Shown piece by piece: positions 8,576-18,584 of a stretch of 26,008 bases of DNA. The number at the start of each line of letters is the position of its first letter. Positions within the stretch are counted from its first letter, which is position 1. Source of the stretch: a virus (Duplodnaviria; Caudoviricetes); IMG/VR virus record IMGVR_UViG_3300017765_000043, positions 1 to 26,008 of that record. The stretch is one strand, 5' to 3'. The translations under genes and the position numbers were made by a program. The notes beneath the pieces were generated by a model, which was given only the letters and a program-made list of their open reading frames with translations, made no database searches and was not told the origin of the DNA.

Positions 8576-9832
8576 TTAACTTGATTTTGTTATATTATGC
8601 GATACAGTAAATAATTCAACACCTGTAGTGGCCCTATTTTCCATTTTTACTGTTGTAAAAAATCCTTTTAAACCCGATGTACTAAACTGTAAGCCATTGT
8701 CTCCTGTAATCTGTCCGTCGCCATCACTTGTATCTTTATTCATTAATTGAGAATAGTATTTATTTTCTTTTTTAACAAATTGTGGTATTATATCTCCAGA
8801 TAAAGTTGTATCATCTGAGCCAGATATTTTGTAAGATTGTATATTTAAATCTGTAATTGATGTTTCCATAGACCAATTACTATCACCTTCATAATTTATA
8901 CTATTAAAGTTTTTAACAAAAGAAGGTTCTGCATTAGCCACAAAAGTTATATGAGAAGGTGAAAATGTATTATTATTTAAATAAAAATTATTATAATCAA
9001 CATCATCACTGTAATGTTTCCACAAATTATTGCTATTTAAACTATAAAAATCTTTATTTAAACTAAAAACAAAATCTGGTTTATATATATAAAAACTTAC
9101 CCAGCCTCTAACATTTTCATCAAAAACTAAAGTATTATAACCTCCTTCAATTTCATTTGTAGGGCCTTGCAATGAAACAACATATTCTTCAGAGTGATCA
9201 TCATAACCGCCAACTATCTTAGTTACGTTTTTAAGATTATCTCTAAAATAATCTCTCATGCCATTTGCTGATATTTCAGTAATACCGTCTCTTGATAATC
9301 TAAGTATTGCTCCTCTACTTTTATCAGCAAAATATTTTCTACCACCTTTAAAGGCAAAACTTTCTGGATTTTTACTAATACCATATTTTCCTAAATAAGG
9401 TATTACTTGACCAATCACAGCGGCACCTGATGCCGTAAGCTGTCCTCCTTCAGCAGTAAATAATGCATCTTTATCAATTAAAGCATAACTTACTTTATCT
9501 TCTTGTAATATATTTAAGTTAGTGTCCTCAGCATGTAATTTCTGTATACTACCATCTGCAGGATCAACAGCCCTTGTTATAGGCTCACCCCCACTAAATA
9601 CATTTGTTCTATTTATATCTGTTCTAGAATTATAAATACCAGAATATATTAAAGCATTTTCTCTTGTTGTTTCGGCATATGTATCGTCTACTAAATGCGC
9701 TTTAGGCCCAATGCCTACAAATGGCTCATTATAGCCGCCTTTTATTCTTGCTTCTTCTACATACAAAGTGTTTGTAGTTTCTGATCTTAAAATAAATGTA
9801 TTAAAAAATTGAACTTCAACTGTATAAGCCAT
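8576..9832 (-). CDS. Tail muzzle/stabilization protein, C-terminal part
   Basis: Beta-rich. GKYGISKNPESFA..YFADKSRGAILRLSRDGITEIS..GMRDYF and FDE..GWVSFY motifs resemble the C-terminal region of crAss-type muzzle/stabilization proteins. Confidence 0.75.
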   Translation of the reverse strand: MAYTVEVQFFNTFILRSETTNTLYVEEARIKGGYNEPFVGIGPKAHLVDDTYAETTRENALIYSGIYNSRTDINRTNVFSGGEPITRAVDPADGSIQKLHAEDTNLNILQEDKVSYALIDKDALFTAEGGQLTASGAAVIGQVIPYLGKYGISKNPESFAFKGGRKYFADKSRGAILRLSRDGITEISANGMRDYFRDNLKNVTKIVGGYDDHSEEYVVSLQGPTNEIEGGYNTLVFDENVRGWVSFYIYKPDFVFSLNKDFYSLNSNNLWKHYSDDVDYNNFYLNNNTFSPSHITFVANAEPSFVKNFNSINYEGDSNWSMETSITDLNIQSYKISGSDDTTLSGDIIPQFVKKENKYYSQLMNKDTSDGDGQITGDNGLQFSTSGLKGFFTTVKMENRATTGVELFTVSHNITKSS

Positions 9833-9863
9833 ATTATAAATTATTACATTTTTTATTACTATT

Positions 9864-12800
9864 TTAACCTATTTGTTTTACTACAACAACACCACTACTA
9901 GTTGTTTTGAATACAAATAATGGCTCATTAGCTTGGCAATAGGAAGGACCACACATAGAATGGAAATTTCCGCCTGATCCGTTTGAAGCAGCCCCACTGT
10001 TAAATACAGCTGTTCCTGTTGCTGAGTCGTAAACAGTATCTCCTATTTCAGGTAAATTACCAGCAGGATTGCCGCTTGTATTTTCAAAATAAACTTGCAC
10101 AAGCGTTGGTTCATTTACAGCAGTAGACGCAGATGTATAACCACTATTACTTCTCCAAAAAGCTGTTCTTGATGCAGAGCTAACGGTTATGCTTAAAGTA
10201 TCTGAAGCTGTAGCATTTGCAATATCAGAAACTTGAATTGTTAATGTATAAGAATCACCTGATGTTACACTAGAGGCTGTACTTAGTACTCCTGTAGAGG
10301 CATTTATACTAAATTTACCAGCGCTATTACCACTTGTAATAGAAAATGTTAAATTATTAGTATTTGCACTTGTTTTGGCACTTCCGTTTGTACCTGTTAT
10401 TGTTCTAATTGCTGTTCCAGATATTGTAGATGCTGGTATAGTTAAAGCAATACCTACATTTATTGTTGGGTTGCTATTTGTAACGGATATAGATTTATCT
10501 TGTATTAAAGTATTTCCTCCATTATCTGTAACTTTTATTCTTATAGTATAATCATCTGTATTTGTATTTGTAAATTCAAATGCTTCACCAGTTAATAAAT
10601 TACTTCCGCTTATTGTAAACGCGCCGGATCTGTTTGTTCCATTTGCATCTGTTATAGATATAATAGTATAAGATGGTGTATTTACAGGATTACTATTTGT
10701 GTCTGTTGATGTTATTGCAGCTACAGTGCCACCGCTTGCTGTTGCTTCTGCAAAAGATGAAGCTGATAAAGCTATACTTGAAGGCACAACACCTAATGTT
10801 TCTGTTATAGCAGCATTTAAATGTGAAACTAAACCGGCTGTTGAAGTTACATAATAAATATCTAAAGCAGATTTAAAAGGATCAGTTTCTAATACAACTA
10901 AATTATCAAAAGTAGTGCTAGAAGCGTGATTTCTTCCATATCCATCTGGCAATTCAGCCAATAAAGGTCCTTTTTCATTTAAATAAAATTCATCAGTACT
11001 ACTTGAACCAAACCCCTGTTCTTGGTTAGTTCCAATTGAAATAACATCAATAAATGAATTTCCTGATTGTTGTGTTTGTGTACCAGTTAAATCTAATATT
11101 TTAGGTAATAGTCTAGTTTGTGAACCTTGCGTACCTGTTTCGGTATTGACATCAGTTACGTCTCTAGGCACTTTATTTACATTGTCTCCATGCAACACTA
11201 GCCATGATCTTACATTACTTGTGGGTATATTATCAACTATTGTTGGAGCATATACATTATAATATTCTTGTTCCGATTGTTTAATTACAACTTTATAAGA
11301 ATACCAACCTAACGGATTTGTATCTGCTTGATAAGCATCGCCTATTGTATTATTAAAAGTAATTTTTAGTGCAGAGTGTGTCCAAGAACTTGCTCCATTT
11401 GTAACAGTTCCTGTTTTAGGGTCTACAAATGTAGTGCTAGTCGTTGGTAAAAATACTGTTGATTGTCTTCCATATCTATCAGATAAAACTAAGCCAACAG
11501 AATATTCTCTATTTGATTTTACTGAAGATAATAAATATTGATCATTGAATTTTGTTTGATCACCATTTGTTATTAAAAATGAACTTTTATTAACGGCAGT
11601 ATCTAATGATCTATTTTGTTTAAAATTACCATAAATAACTCTATTTCCACTAACCTCTTGTGCATGAGCTTTTACAGGTATAACATCTGAAATTCTAATT
11701 AATTCAGATTCTGGTAAAGTTTGTATAGGCTTTATTGAGTTATATATATATTTATAACCATATATTAATTTACTAATATTGTTAGATATAGGCTCAACCC
11801 TATGCGTTATATCGCTTTTAATTTCATTAAAATTTAAAGTTTCTACAACTTTCAAAGCGGCACTATCCGATTCAGAATATAATATTTGTATTTTTTTAAT
11901 TTGCATTTTATCATCATAATCAGCTACATTATTAAAAAAATATAATCTTGTGTTATTTATAATTGATGGTGAAACACTAGTACTTGTAGTTAATGTTGTT
12001 GTTTTATTTCCACCATTTACAATATATTCATCACCTTTAGCAGTTAATAAAATATCATTATCAGATATTGAACCATTAGGATTATCTATATTATGACTAG
12101 TACCAGTTAATATTCCATTTGCATCACACGCACCAACATTTGATTTGTCAATATTAGAAGGCAAATCAATAAATAAAGCAACTCTATTAGCTAGATTTTG
12201 CATTGATTCCACTATTGTTTCTTTTACAGCGTTACTTTCATCTGTAGATGACAATATACCCGCGTCGTTCGCAACAAAAGTTGCATTATTAAAATTTTTA
12301 CCTTTACCGGGATGAAAGCAAGTTTGTGTAAATGGGGATATTAACGAATATTCATTATTTTCATATTGAAATCTATACGCGAATTTAACAAATTTATCTC
12401 TTATATGCAAACTACCGACATCAGAGCTGCTCTCAGCGCTCATGGTAACCTTAGGGGGAGATGGCGGAGAATATTGTGCAACACTAATTTTATCTTCTAA
12501 ATAATTATCATTAAGATAAAAAGTGCCAATAGCCTGTCCTGTTGCTTGAGATAAATTTATTCTTCTTGGTTGATTATAATTATCAGTCCAAAATAGTAAA
12601 TTATCAATTAAATTAACATGTAATACAGGATGATTTTTTGAAAAATTTAATCTAAAGCTATCTATTATAGCTTGCGGAGAGGTATTTGGTTGATTTGCAT
12701 TCCAATAATATATAGCGCAAACTGTAGGAGTGCCGTTTATACTTGATGTAGCATATGACATATCTTTAGAACTTACAGTATCATTGCCTGTAAAATTTGT

Positions 12801-13055
12801 TACAAACCAAAATATTTCACCAGTCAAAGAAACTTTATAATAACCAATTGTTTCAACACCAGAAGCTAAATTAAGAGGCGTAGCATTATATGCATAATTA
12901 TTTCCTTTAATATTCTGAACAGCACCCACATCAGAATTTTCAGATTTAGATATTTGTATATTTTGTGCATCTCTATACTGGCCGTTAGGTAATAATCTAT
13001 CATCAAGGTCTTTATTCATTTTACCTTGAAGAAAATTGTTTTTAATTTCTGGCAT
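9864..13055 (-). CDS. Tail muzzle/stabilization protein, N-terminal part, with C-terminal cadherin-like domains
   Basis: N-terminal NNFLQGKMNKDLDDRLLPNGQYRDAQN, LLFWTDNYNQPRRIN, KFAYRFQYENNEYSLISPF and GNRVIYGNF motifs. Cadherin-like repeats at ~10175-10790. Confidence 0.75.
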   Translation of the reverse strand: MPEIKNNFLQGKMNKDLDDRLLPNGQYRDAQNIQISKSENSDVGAVQNIKGNNYAYNATPLNLASGVETIGYYKVSLTGEIFWFVTNFTGNDTVSSKDMSYATSSINGTPTVCAIYYWNANQPNTSPQAIIDSFRLNFSKNHPVLHVNLIDNLLFWTDNYNQPRRINLSQATGQAIGTFYLNDNYLEDKISVAQYSPPSPPKVTMSAESSSDVGSLHIRDKFVKFAYRFQYENNEYSLISPFTQTCFHPGKGKNFNNATFVANDAGILSSTDESNAVKETIVESMQNLANRVALFIDLPSNIDKSNVGACDANGILTGTSHNIDNPNGSISDNDILLTAKGDEYIVNGGNKTTTLTTSTSVSPSIINNTRLYFFNNVADYDDKMQIKKIQILYSESDSAALKVVETLNFNEIKSDITHRVEPISNNISKLIYGYKYIYNSIKPIQTLPESELIRISDVIPVKAHAQEVSGNRVIYGNFKQNRSLDTAVNKSSFLITNGDQTKFNDQYLLSSVKSNREYSVGLVLSDRYGRQSTVFLPTTSTTFVDPKTGTVTNGASSWTHSALKITFNNTIGDAYQADTNPLGWYSYKVVIKQSEQEYYNVYAPTIVDNIPTSNVRSWLVLHGDNVNKVPRDVTDVNTETGTQGSQTRLLPKILDLTGTQTQQSGNSFIDVISIGTNQEQGFGSSSTDEFYLNEKGPLLAELPDGYGRNHASSTTFDNLVVLETDPFKSALDIYYVTSTAGLVSHLNAAITETLGVVPSSIALSASSFAEATASGGTVAAITSTDTNSNPVNTPSYTIISITDANGTNRSGAFTISGSNLLTGEAFEFTNTNTDDYTIRIKVTDNGGNTLIQDKSISVTNSNPTINVGIALTIPASTISGTAIRTITGTNGSAKTSANTNNLTFSITSGNSAGKFSINASTGVLSTASSVTSGDSYTLTIQVSDIANATASDTLSITVSSASRTAFWRSNSGYTSASTAVNEPTLVQVYFENTSGNPAGNLPEIGDTVYDSATGTAVFNSGAASNGSGGNFHSMCGPSYCQANEPLFVFKTTSSGVVVVKQIG

Positions 13056-13061
13056 GTATTA

Positions 13062-14162
13062 TTATTTAATTGTTTTAGCTTTCCCTCTCATAACCTGGGT
13101 AAGTTCACCTAATTTTAAACTAGATAATCTTAATTTTGCGTTTCGCATGGCTGCTCTTCTTTCTCTTCTAAATCTATTTATTATATATTCTGGAAAGTTT
13201 GCTTTTGCGCTTGCAACACCATAAGTTATATATTTATATATTGCGTCTTCAGCAAATTTATGTACTTTCATTTCAGCATCTGTTCCCATTCCATCAGATA
13301 CATATTTTATTGTAATTACTTTTTCGGCTAAATCAGAGCTAAAGCCAATGCTTCCATTTGTTTCATCAATAATAAATACACCATTTTTTTGTGCAATTTC
13401 TGGTTCTAATCCAAATCTTTTACCAAATTCTATAATTCTTTCACTATTTCTATCTGCGTCATAACTAACATCTTCATTTGAAACTGCTCCGTTTATATTT
13501 TTAACATCGAATGCTTGAAATCTTGTATCTGTAACGGGTGTACCTGTTAACAAGCTATCATCATTATCATATAAGTAATTATAATCACTATCTTGTAATA
13601 TTGATTGAGATGGTTTAGATGTATATCTTGCGGGATATATTATATGCTCAATACCTGCTTCATCAACGTGTGATATTCTCACATAATGCACGTAGTCCTG
13701 TGGCATCGGCACTGATAAGCTTGTGCCAACTTCTATTTCTTGTATTTTTTCAACTCTTGAAATATCATAGCTAAATTCTTGTATACCTCTTTTAGCATGA
13801 AATAACACATCGCTTCTTTTTGTTGCGTTTATTAATTTGCCATCCCCTACGTATGCAACCATATAGTTATTTATAATATCAGCTAATGGTGTATATCTAT
13901 AACTACCTAATTTTTGTTCTTTAAGCTTTACTATTACAACATCACTCACCGCTCTACCTGTTGCAAATGTAATTACACCTGTGCTATTATTATATGAATA
14001 CAGATCATCATCAATTTCTGAATTATTAACAAATATTAAAAATTTACTTTTAGCCGTTGGCAACGGATCAAATGTTAATGTAAAACTTGTTTGATTAGCT
14101 GTTGCTGTAAACTTTTGACTAGTATTATAATACTGATATGCTGTTTCCGTTATAAATGCCAT
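13062..14162 (-). CDS. Tail ring/adaptor structural protein with small N-terminal beta-sandwich
   Basis: DVLFHAKRGIQEFSYD and PQDYVHYVRIS motifs typical of tail tubular/ring proteins. Immediately upstream of the muzzle gene. Confidence 0.6.
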   Translation of the reverse strand: MAFITETAYQYYNTSQKFTATANQTSFTLTFDPLPTAKSKFLIFVNNSEIDDDLYSYNNSTGVITFATGRAVSDVVIVKLKEQKLGSYRYTPLADIINNYMVAYVGDGKLINATKRSDVLFHAKRGIQEFSYDISRVEKIQEIEVGTSLSVPMPQDYVHYVRISHVDEAGIEHIIYPARYTSKPSQSILQDSDYNYLYDNDDSLLTGTPVTDTRFQAFDVKNINGAVSNEDVSYDADRNSERIIEFGKRFGLEPEIAQKNGVFIIDETNGSIGFSSDLAEKVITIKYVSDGMGTDAEMKVHKFAEDAIYKYITYGVASAKANFPEYIINRFRRERRAAMRNAKLRLSSLKLGELTQVMRGKAKTIK

Positions 14163-14165
14163 TTA

Positions 14166-14912
14166 TTATGAATTTTCTAGTTGTATTGTTTTATTTTCTT
14201 CTTGAGCTGCAGCTTGTACTATTGTAGTATCAGCTATTATTAATCCAGCATATTTTAATATACCTAATATTAATTGAACTTTGTCTGAATCATGTAGCGT
14301 AAAATCCACTTTACCTGTTGTAGGTATCACACTTCCACCTGTGCTTGTTGAAAATGTTAATGCACCTGTAGTAGTATTTTTTTCATATGCCCACACTGGG
14401 TCAGCAGGTGTTTTTATATATTCAATAAGTAAATTACCCAATGCCCAACTACCACTTGACAACGCTGGTTCCACAATAATATCCGTAGCTCTCTGATAAT
14501 ATACAGGAAATGATGTTGTAGGTTTTGTAAAGGGCGAAGATAATAAATAAGATAAACTTTTTTTATTTACTTTTTCTAACTGAATAGTTTTATTAGTTAT
14601 ACTAATATTTATTGTTTTATATAAATCTGTAGGTAAAGTGCCAATACCATTTGTTAAAGTAATATCAGCTTGCGCAAAAAAAGGATCTATTTTTTGTTCT
14701 ATTTTTTCAGGTATATTACCATAATCTTCAACAGCTCTTCCAGCATTATGCTTTATAACTGCACGATTATAATCATAAAAATGTTGGTCTAGTATATCAA
14801 GTTGAACTTGAGAACCTATTTTATTAAATTCTTCAGGTGTTAAAAAACCTCTTGATTCTTTATTTAATATTGATAATACTGTTTTGTATACTGCATCAAC
14901 TGATATTGCCAT
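14166..14912 (-). CDS. Tail ring/head-tail adaptor protein
   Basis: N-terminal helices (ILNKESRGFLTPEEFN), LPTDLY and EYIKTP motifs, C-terminal helix. Lies between the capsid and tail genes. Confidence 0.6.
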   Translation of the reverse strand: MAISVDAVYKTVLSILNKESRGFLTPEEFNKIGSQVQLDILDQHFYDYNRAVIKHNAGRAVEDYGNIPEKIEQKIDPFFAQADITLTNGIGTLPTDLYKTINISITNKTIQLEKVNKKSLSYLLSSPFTKPTTSFPVYYQRATDIIVEPALSSGSWALGNLLIEYIKTPADPVWAYEKNTTTGALTFSTSTGGSVIPTTGKVDFTLHDSDKVQLILGILKYAGLIIADTTIVQAAAQEENKTIQLENS

Positions 14913-14925
14913 AATTTTAATTTAT

Positions 14926-14961
14926 ATAATGATTAAGCCGCCGTAGCGGCTCAACCACTAC
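14926..14961 (-). promoter_or_regulatory. 16-bp RNA hairpin with cUACGg tetraloop (stabilizer, processing site or atypical terminator)
   Basis: GUAGUGGUUGAGCCGC-UACG-GCGGCUUAAUCAUUAU. Four G-U pairs form only on the minus-strand transcript. No U-tract follows. Confidence 0.75.
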
Positions 14962-14965
14962 TGAC

Positions 14966-15769
14966 TTATTTTAGTCTTTTTTCAATTGTTTGATAGATTT
15001 CAATACCCTCATCAGTTTTAAACCAAGCAGCTAAAGCTGAATATGGATTTTCATCAAATGGTACTGTAAATAATTTTCTATCATTACTTGCCCATTTAAA
15101 TGTTCTTTGATCTGCTGAAAGTGTAATCAATCTATTTTCAACCGCTTTAATTCCTAAGTTTCTTATATTGATATTATCGTCATTTGCTAACTCTAAAAAT
15201 AAAGCTGGATTTTGTTTAGCCATAATAAGTAAGTCTCTTTTTAACTCTTTGGATGTCATTTTTGAAACTTTGCTACCGGCCTCAGTTCTTACAATAGCCT
15301 CAGCATGTTCAATATCCATTTCCATTGCCGCTGATAATGCTTCAAATTCTAAACTTATTATATCTAAATCATCTGCAGCTACCGCTTCTGTATCAAGCTC
15401 TGCGTATGAACGATTTTTTTCTGGATGATAATTTGAAAGAATTTTTTGTAAAACTGTTTTTTCTTTTGATACATTTAAAACGCCGTCTCTAAATACAATA
15501 TGGTCAAGTCTTATCTCGCCTTTAAATTCATCTACAAATGGTGTTTTTTGATTTAGTGTGTATTTGATTTCTCTTTCATATCCTTTTTCTTTGTCAAACC
15601 ACATTATTCCTTTAGATTTTAATATATATACTATAGGTTGTTTATCGCCTAATAAATAATATTGTCTATCTTTTCTTTCCCAAGTATTTTTAACTACTTG
15701 TTGTTTTTTTGGTGGAGCAACCATTATTGGTTGTTCAACAGCCACCTCTGCTTTTTGTTTTTTTGCCAT
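14966..15769 (-). CDS. Conserved hypothetical protein, probably virion-associated (267 aa)
   Basis: Intact ORF directly downstream of the major capsid gene, with a helical C-terminal half. No catalytic motif recognised. Confidence 0.55.
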   Translation of the reverse strand: MAKKQKAEVAVEQPIMVAPPKKQQVVKNTWERKDRQYYLLGDKQPIVYILKSKGIMWFDKEKGYEREIKYTLNQKTPFVDEFKGEIRLDHIVFRDGVLNVSKEKTVLQKILSNYHPEKNRSYAELDTEAVAADDLDIISLEFEALSAAMEMDIEHAEAIVRTEAGSKVSKMTSKELKRDLLIMAKQNPALFLELANDDNINIRNLGIKAVENRLITLSADQRTFKWASNDRKLFTVPFDENPYSALAAWFKTDEGIEIYQTIEKRLK

Positions 15770-15800
15770 GATATAATATAATAAAAATGTTAATAGAGGT

Positions 15801-15832
15801 AAAAATTACCCCCGTAGTTACAACGAGGGTAA
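15801..15832 (-). terminator. Intrinsic terminator downstream of major capsid gene
   Basis: UUACCCUCGU-UGUAACU-ACGGGGGUAA (10-bp stem, one G-U pair) followed by UUUUU, 15 nt after the capsid stop codon. Confidence 0.8.
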
Positions 15833-15847
15833 AATTTACTTTAAATA

Positions 15848-17275
15848 CTACTTAAATAATACAAAGTTATTAGCAGCTTGAGTAACTAAACATCTTTCTG
15901 ATAAATAATGAACACTCATTAAGTCATCACCCGATGTAGATGCTCCACCTACTGAACCCGTAATCCAAGATTTCATTTTCCTGTCATCTGCTTCGGAAGC
16001 TCTGTATCTTACGTGTAAGAAAGGTCTTCTAATGTTAGATCCTAAAATTTGATCGTATACAGATGAAGTTCCAGCTGGTACTAAAACACCTTTAATGTCC
16101 GCAAATAAACCTCTTGTAGACTTGTTGTTTAAGTATTTCCAGTCAGTTTTATAAAAGTCATAAGATCCTCTTCTAAATCCAGAAAAACCTAAATTTAAAG
16201 CCATATCTTGTGAATTTTCAAATACACCAAAAGATGTACCTCCACTAAAGTTTGCATTCACTGCACCAAGACCATCATCTAAAATTAGATTTGAGTTTCT
16301 ATCTAAGAATAACATATTTTCTTCAATAGACCCTTGCTTATCTAATTCTTTTAGAATTAAATCAAAGTCAGAGATCACATCAGAAGATGCATCGAATGCA
16401 TCTGTACCGACAATTCCTCTATTTTCTAACGCTGAGAATAAACCTTCAGTTCCTGAGTTAGCTCCTAAAATTGAATCAACACCACCTGCTGTTGTGGATT
16501 TTTCCGCTTCAATCATTGATGTTTCTAAATAATCTTCGAATCTTACTCTTGTGTCACCTTCAGCTTTTAAATACCATAAGTATCCATTTTGTCCACCTTC
16601 GCCTGATACTTCAACCCAACCAATTTGAGCAGCGTCAGAACCAGAAATTTCAAATTTATCTTTTAAAATAATTGGTTTATTTGTAAAAGACTCAAATTCT
16701 GGAGTTACTGATCCATCAATAGCCGGTTGTCCTTTTTTGAATTCAGAACCATAAACAAAGAATGAGCATTTATTCGATCCACTATCAGTTGCCGTATCAA
16801 ACCCTGTAACCGCACCAACTGTAGCAGCTCCTGTATAAGGAATTACTGTTAAAGTAGTTAAGCCTGAGTTTACCTCTGATACGTAACATTTTATAATAGT
16901 TGGAGACGTTTGATTATCAGATAATACAATCGTTTGACCAACTCTTACAGCGTGAGTACCACTGCTTGCAATAGTTATTACGCCTGCGTCCGTAATAGAA
17001 GCATCTTCGTAAGCTAAGTGTAGTCTTCCTTGCTCAGACCAAATAACTTGATCAGAAGCCATAGGCATTTCCGCCCCGACCATTCTTAAAAACGAAGATA
17101 CAGATCTATTTCCGTACTTTTCCACTTCTTCAGAGTATAGCTCTGGTAAATATTGTTGTGACCAGTTTGCCCCACTTGAACCATGGAAGTTTAAATAATT
17201 TGATGCTAGTACCGATTTACTTACATAAGGAGTAAGATCAGTCGGTAAACCAGCAGTAAAATTTACATTTGCCAT
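15848..17275 (-). CDS. Major capsid protein
   Basis: 475 aa. QQYLPELY..EVEKYGNR, WSEQGRLH, GFRRGSYDFYKTDWKYLN and LSERCL motifs. Follows portal and scaffold and is followed by a terminator. Confidence 0.85.
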   Translation of the reverse strand: MANVNFTAGLPTDLTPYVSKSVLASNYLNFHGSSGANWSQQYLPELYSEEVEKYGNRSVSSFLRMVGAEMPMASDQVIWSEQGRLHLAYEDASITDAGVITIASSGTHAVRVGQTIVLSDNQTSPTIIKCYVSEVNSGLTTLTVIPYTGAATVGAVTGFDTATDSGSNKCSFFVYGSEFKKGQPAIDGSVTPEFESFTNKPIILKDKFEISGSDAAQIGWVEVSGEGGQNGYLWYLKAEGDTRVRFEDYLETSMIEAEKSTTAGGVDSILGANSGTEGLFSALENRGIVGTDAFDASSDVISDFDLILKELDKQGSIEENMLFLDRNSNLILDDGLGAVNANFSGGTSFGVFENSQDMALNLGFSGFRRGSYDFYKTDWKYLNNKSTRGLFADIKGVLVPAGTSSVYDQILGSNIRRPFLHVRYRASEADDRKMKSWITGSVGGASTSGDDLMSVHYLSERCLVTQAANNFVLFK

Positions 17276-17293
17276 TTTAATAATTTTTTAGTT

Positions 17294-18556
17294 TTAATAA
17301 TTTTTTAGTTTTAATTTTAGCTTAGAATTACTATCGCCACTTATTGCTCTAACCTTAACGCCACTTGTTTCAACATAACCATCTGCAGTTTTTCTAGGAT
17401 TCATATTAATGTTCTTAGCTTCTGCGGTTATTTGTTTTATTGCATCGGCTTTGCCTTGCTCATAAAAATGATTTGCTAGTGTGTCAGGGTTAGAAGCAGC
17501 AAATAAAGATTTGTGAAAATCCTGTGCGTTAGTAAGCATTTTATCTTCATTAACATATTTATTAAAAACATTTAATAAATCACTTTGATTTTCTTTTACT
17601 TTATTTGCATCATTCACATTGAATCTAAATTTTTTGTCTCCAACTTTGAAATTAAAACCTTTAAAATCATTATTGAAAACTTTATTAGTTTCATTTTTAA
17701 AATGTGATGTTTGCTTTTGAAGTAACTCTTCAGCTTGCTTTTGCTCATTATTATAACGATTGAAAAAATCTATTGCTTTTTGTTGCTCAGGAGCTAACTT
17801 AGAATTCAACTTGACTTCTTTGTAATACTGATCCTTGAGCCCTGTTAAAAAACCTTTAGCATTTGCAACCGCTTCTTTATGAGCTAATTTTTTTCTTTTT
17901 ATTGTTCTATCCTCATCTATTTCTTCATCAAATGAAAATTCATCTTCTATAAGAAATTGTATTTCATCATAGCTTAAATGAGGTTTGGTTTGTTTATAAT
18001 ATTCTGTCAATAATGTGCTATCATCAACATTTGAATAATCTGCGTTTAATCGAGTGTAGTCTTCTAAACTTCCACCTGTTTCTTCCATAAACTTAATCAA
18101 GTCTTGGATATTTTCTGGTAAATTTAATTCTTCTTTAACTTTTGCTTCTTCAACCGATTCAGTTTTACTTTCTTTTTGCTCTGCGGTCGATGCAGCTTCA
18201 TCATCACTAGTTTCTACTTCATTCGTTATTTCTTCTAATATCGGAGTTTCTTTTTCTTCATCCCGCACATCTGCATTACTGATTTTTTCTCCGGTAGGTT
18301 CTTCAGCTTTTTCTTTGATGTTTTGTTTTTGAACTTCTTCGCTAGTTTTGGATTCGTTGCGTACAGGAATCTCATCTGTGCTTTGCTCTGGAACGGCATC
18401 TTTTTGTTGTTTTTGTTCGTTAATTTTGTTTAAATCTAATTTGTACATTCCATCTTCTTTAGTGGATATACCGGCATTTTCTAATACCGTTTCTTCTTTT
18501 TCGGCCATAGACTTTGGTTGTTCGTCTACAGCTGAAACTTTAATGTCTTCTGCCAT
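17294..18556 (-). CDS. Capsid scaffolding protein (predicted)
   Basis: Highly acidic, disordered N-terminus and helical core (FMEETGGSLEDY, HFYEQGKADA). Located between portal and capsid genes. Confidence 0.7.
   Translation of the reverse strand: MAEDIKVSAVDEQPKSMAEKEETVLENAGISTKEDGMYKLDLNKINEQKQQKDAVPEQSTDEIPVRNESKTSEEVQKQNIKEKAEEPTGEKISNADVRDEEKETPILEEITNEVETSDDEAASTAEQKESKTESVEEAKVKEELNLPENIQDLIKFMEETGGSLEDYTRLNADYSNVDDSTLLTEYYKQTKPHLSYDEIQFLIEDEFSFDEEIDEDRTIKRKKLAHKEAVANAKGFLTGLKDQYYKEVKLNSKLAPEQQKAIDFFNRYNNEQKQAEELLQKQTSHFKNETNKVFNNDFKGFNFKVGDKKFRFNVNDANKVKENQSDLLNVFNKYVNEDKMLTNAQDFHKSLFAASNPDTLANHFYEQGKADAIKQITAEAKNINMNPRKTADGYVETSGVKVRAISGDSNSKLKLKLKNY
18235..18399 (-). CDS. Candidate overprinted 54-aa basic protein in +1 frame of scaffold gene
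   Basis: MPFQSKAQMRFLYATNPKLAKKFKNKTSKKKLKNLPEKKSVMQMCGMKKKKLRY-TAG, with A-rich start context CAAAAACAACAAAAAG-ATG. Confidence 0.6.
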   Translation of the reverse strand: MPFQSKAQMRFLYATNPKLAKKFKNKTSKKKLKNLPEKKSVMQMCGMKKKKLRY

Positions 18557-18584
18557 AATAAAATATTATATAATTGTTTAAAAT

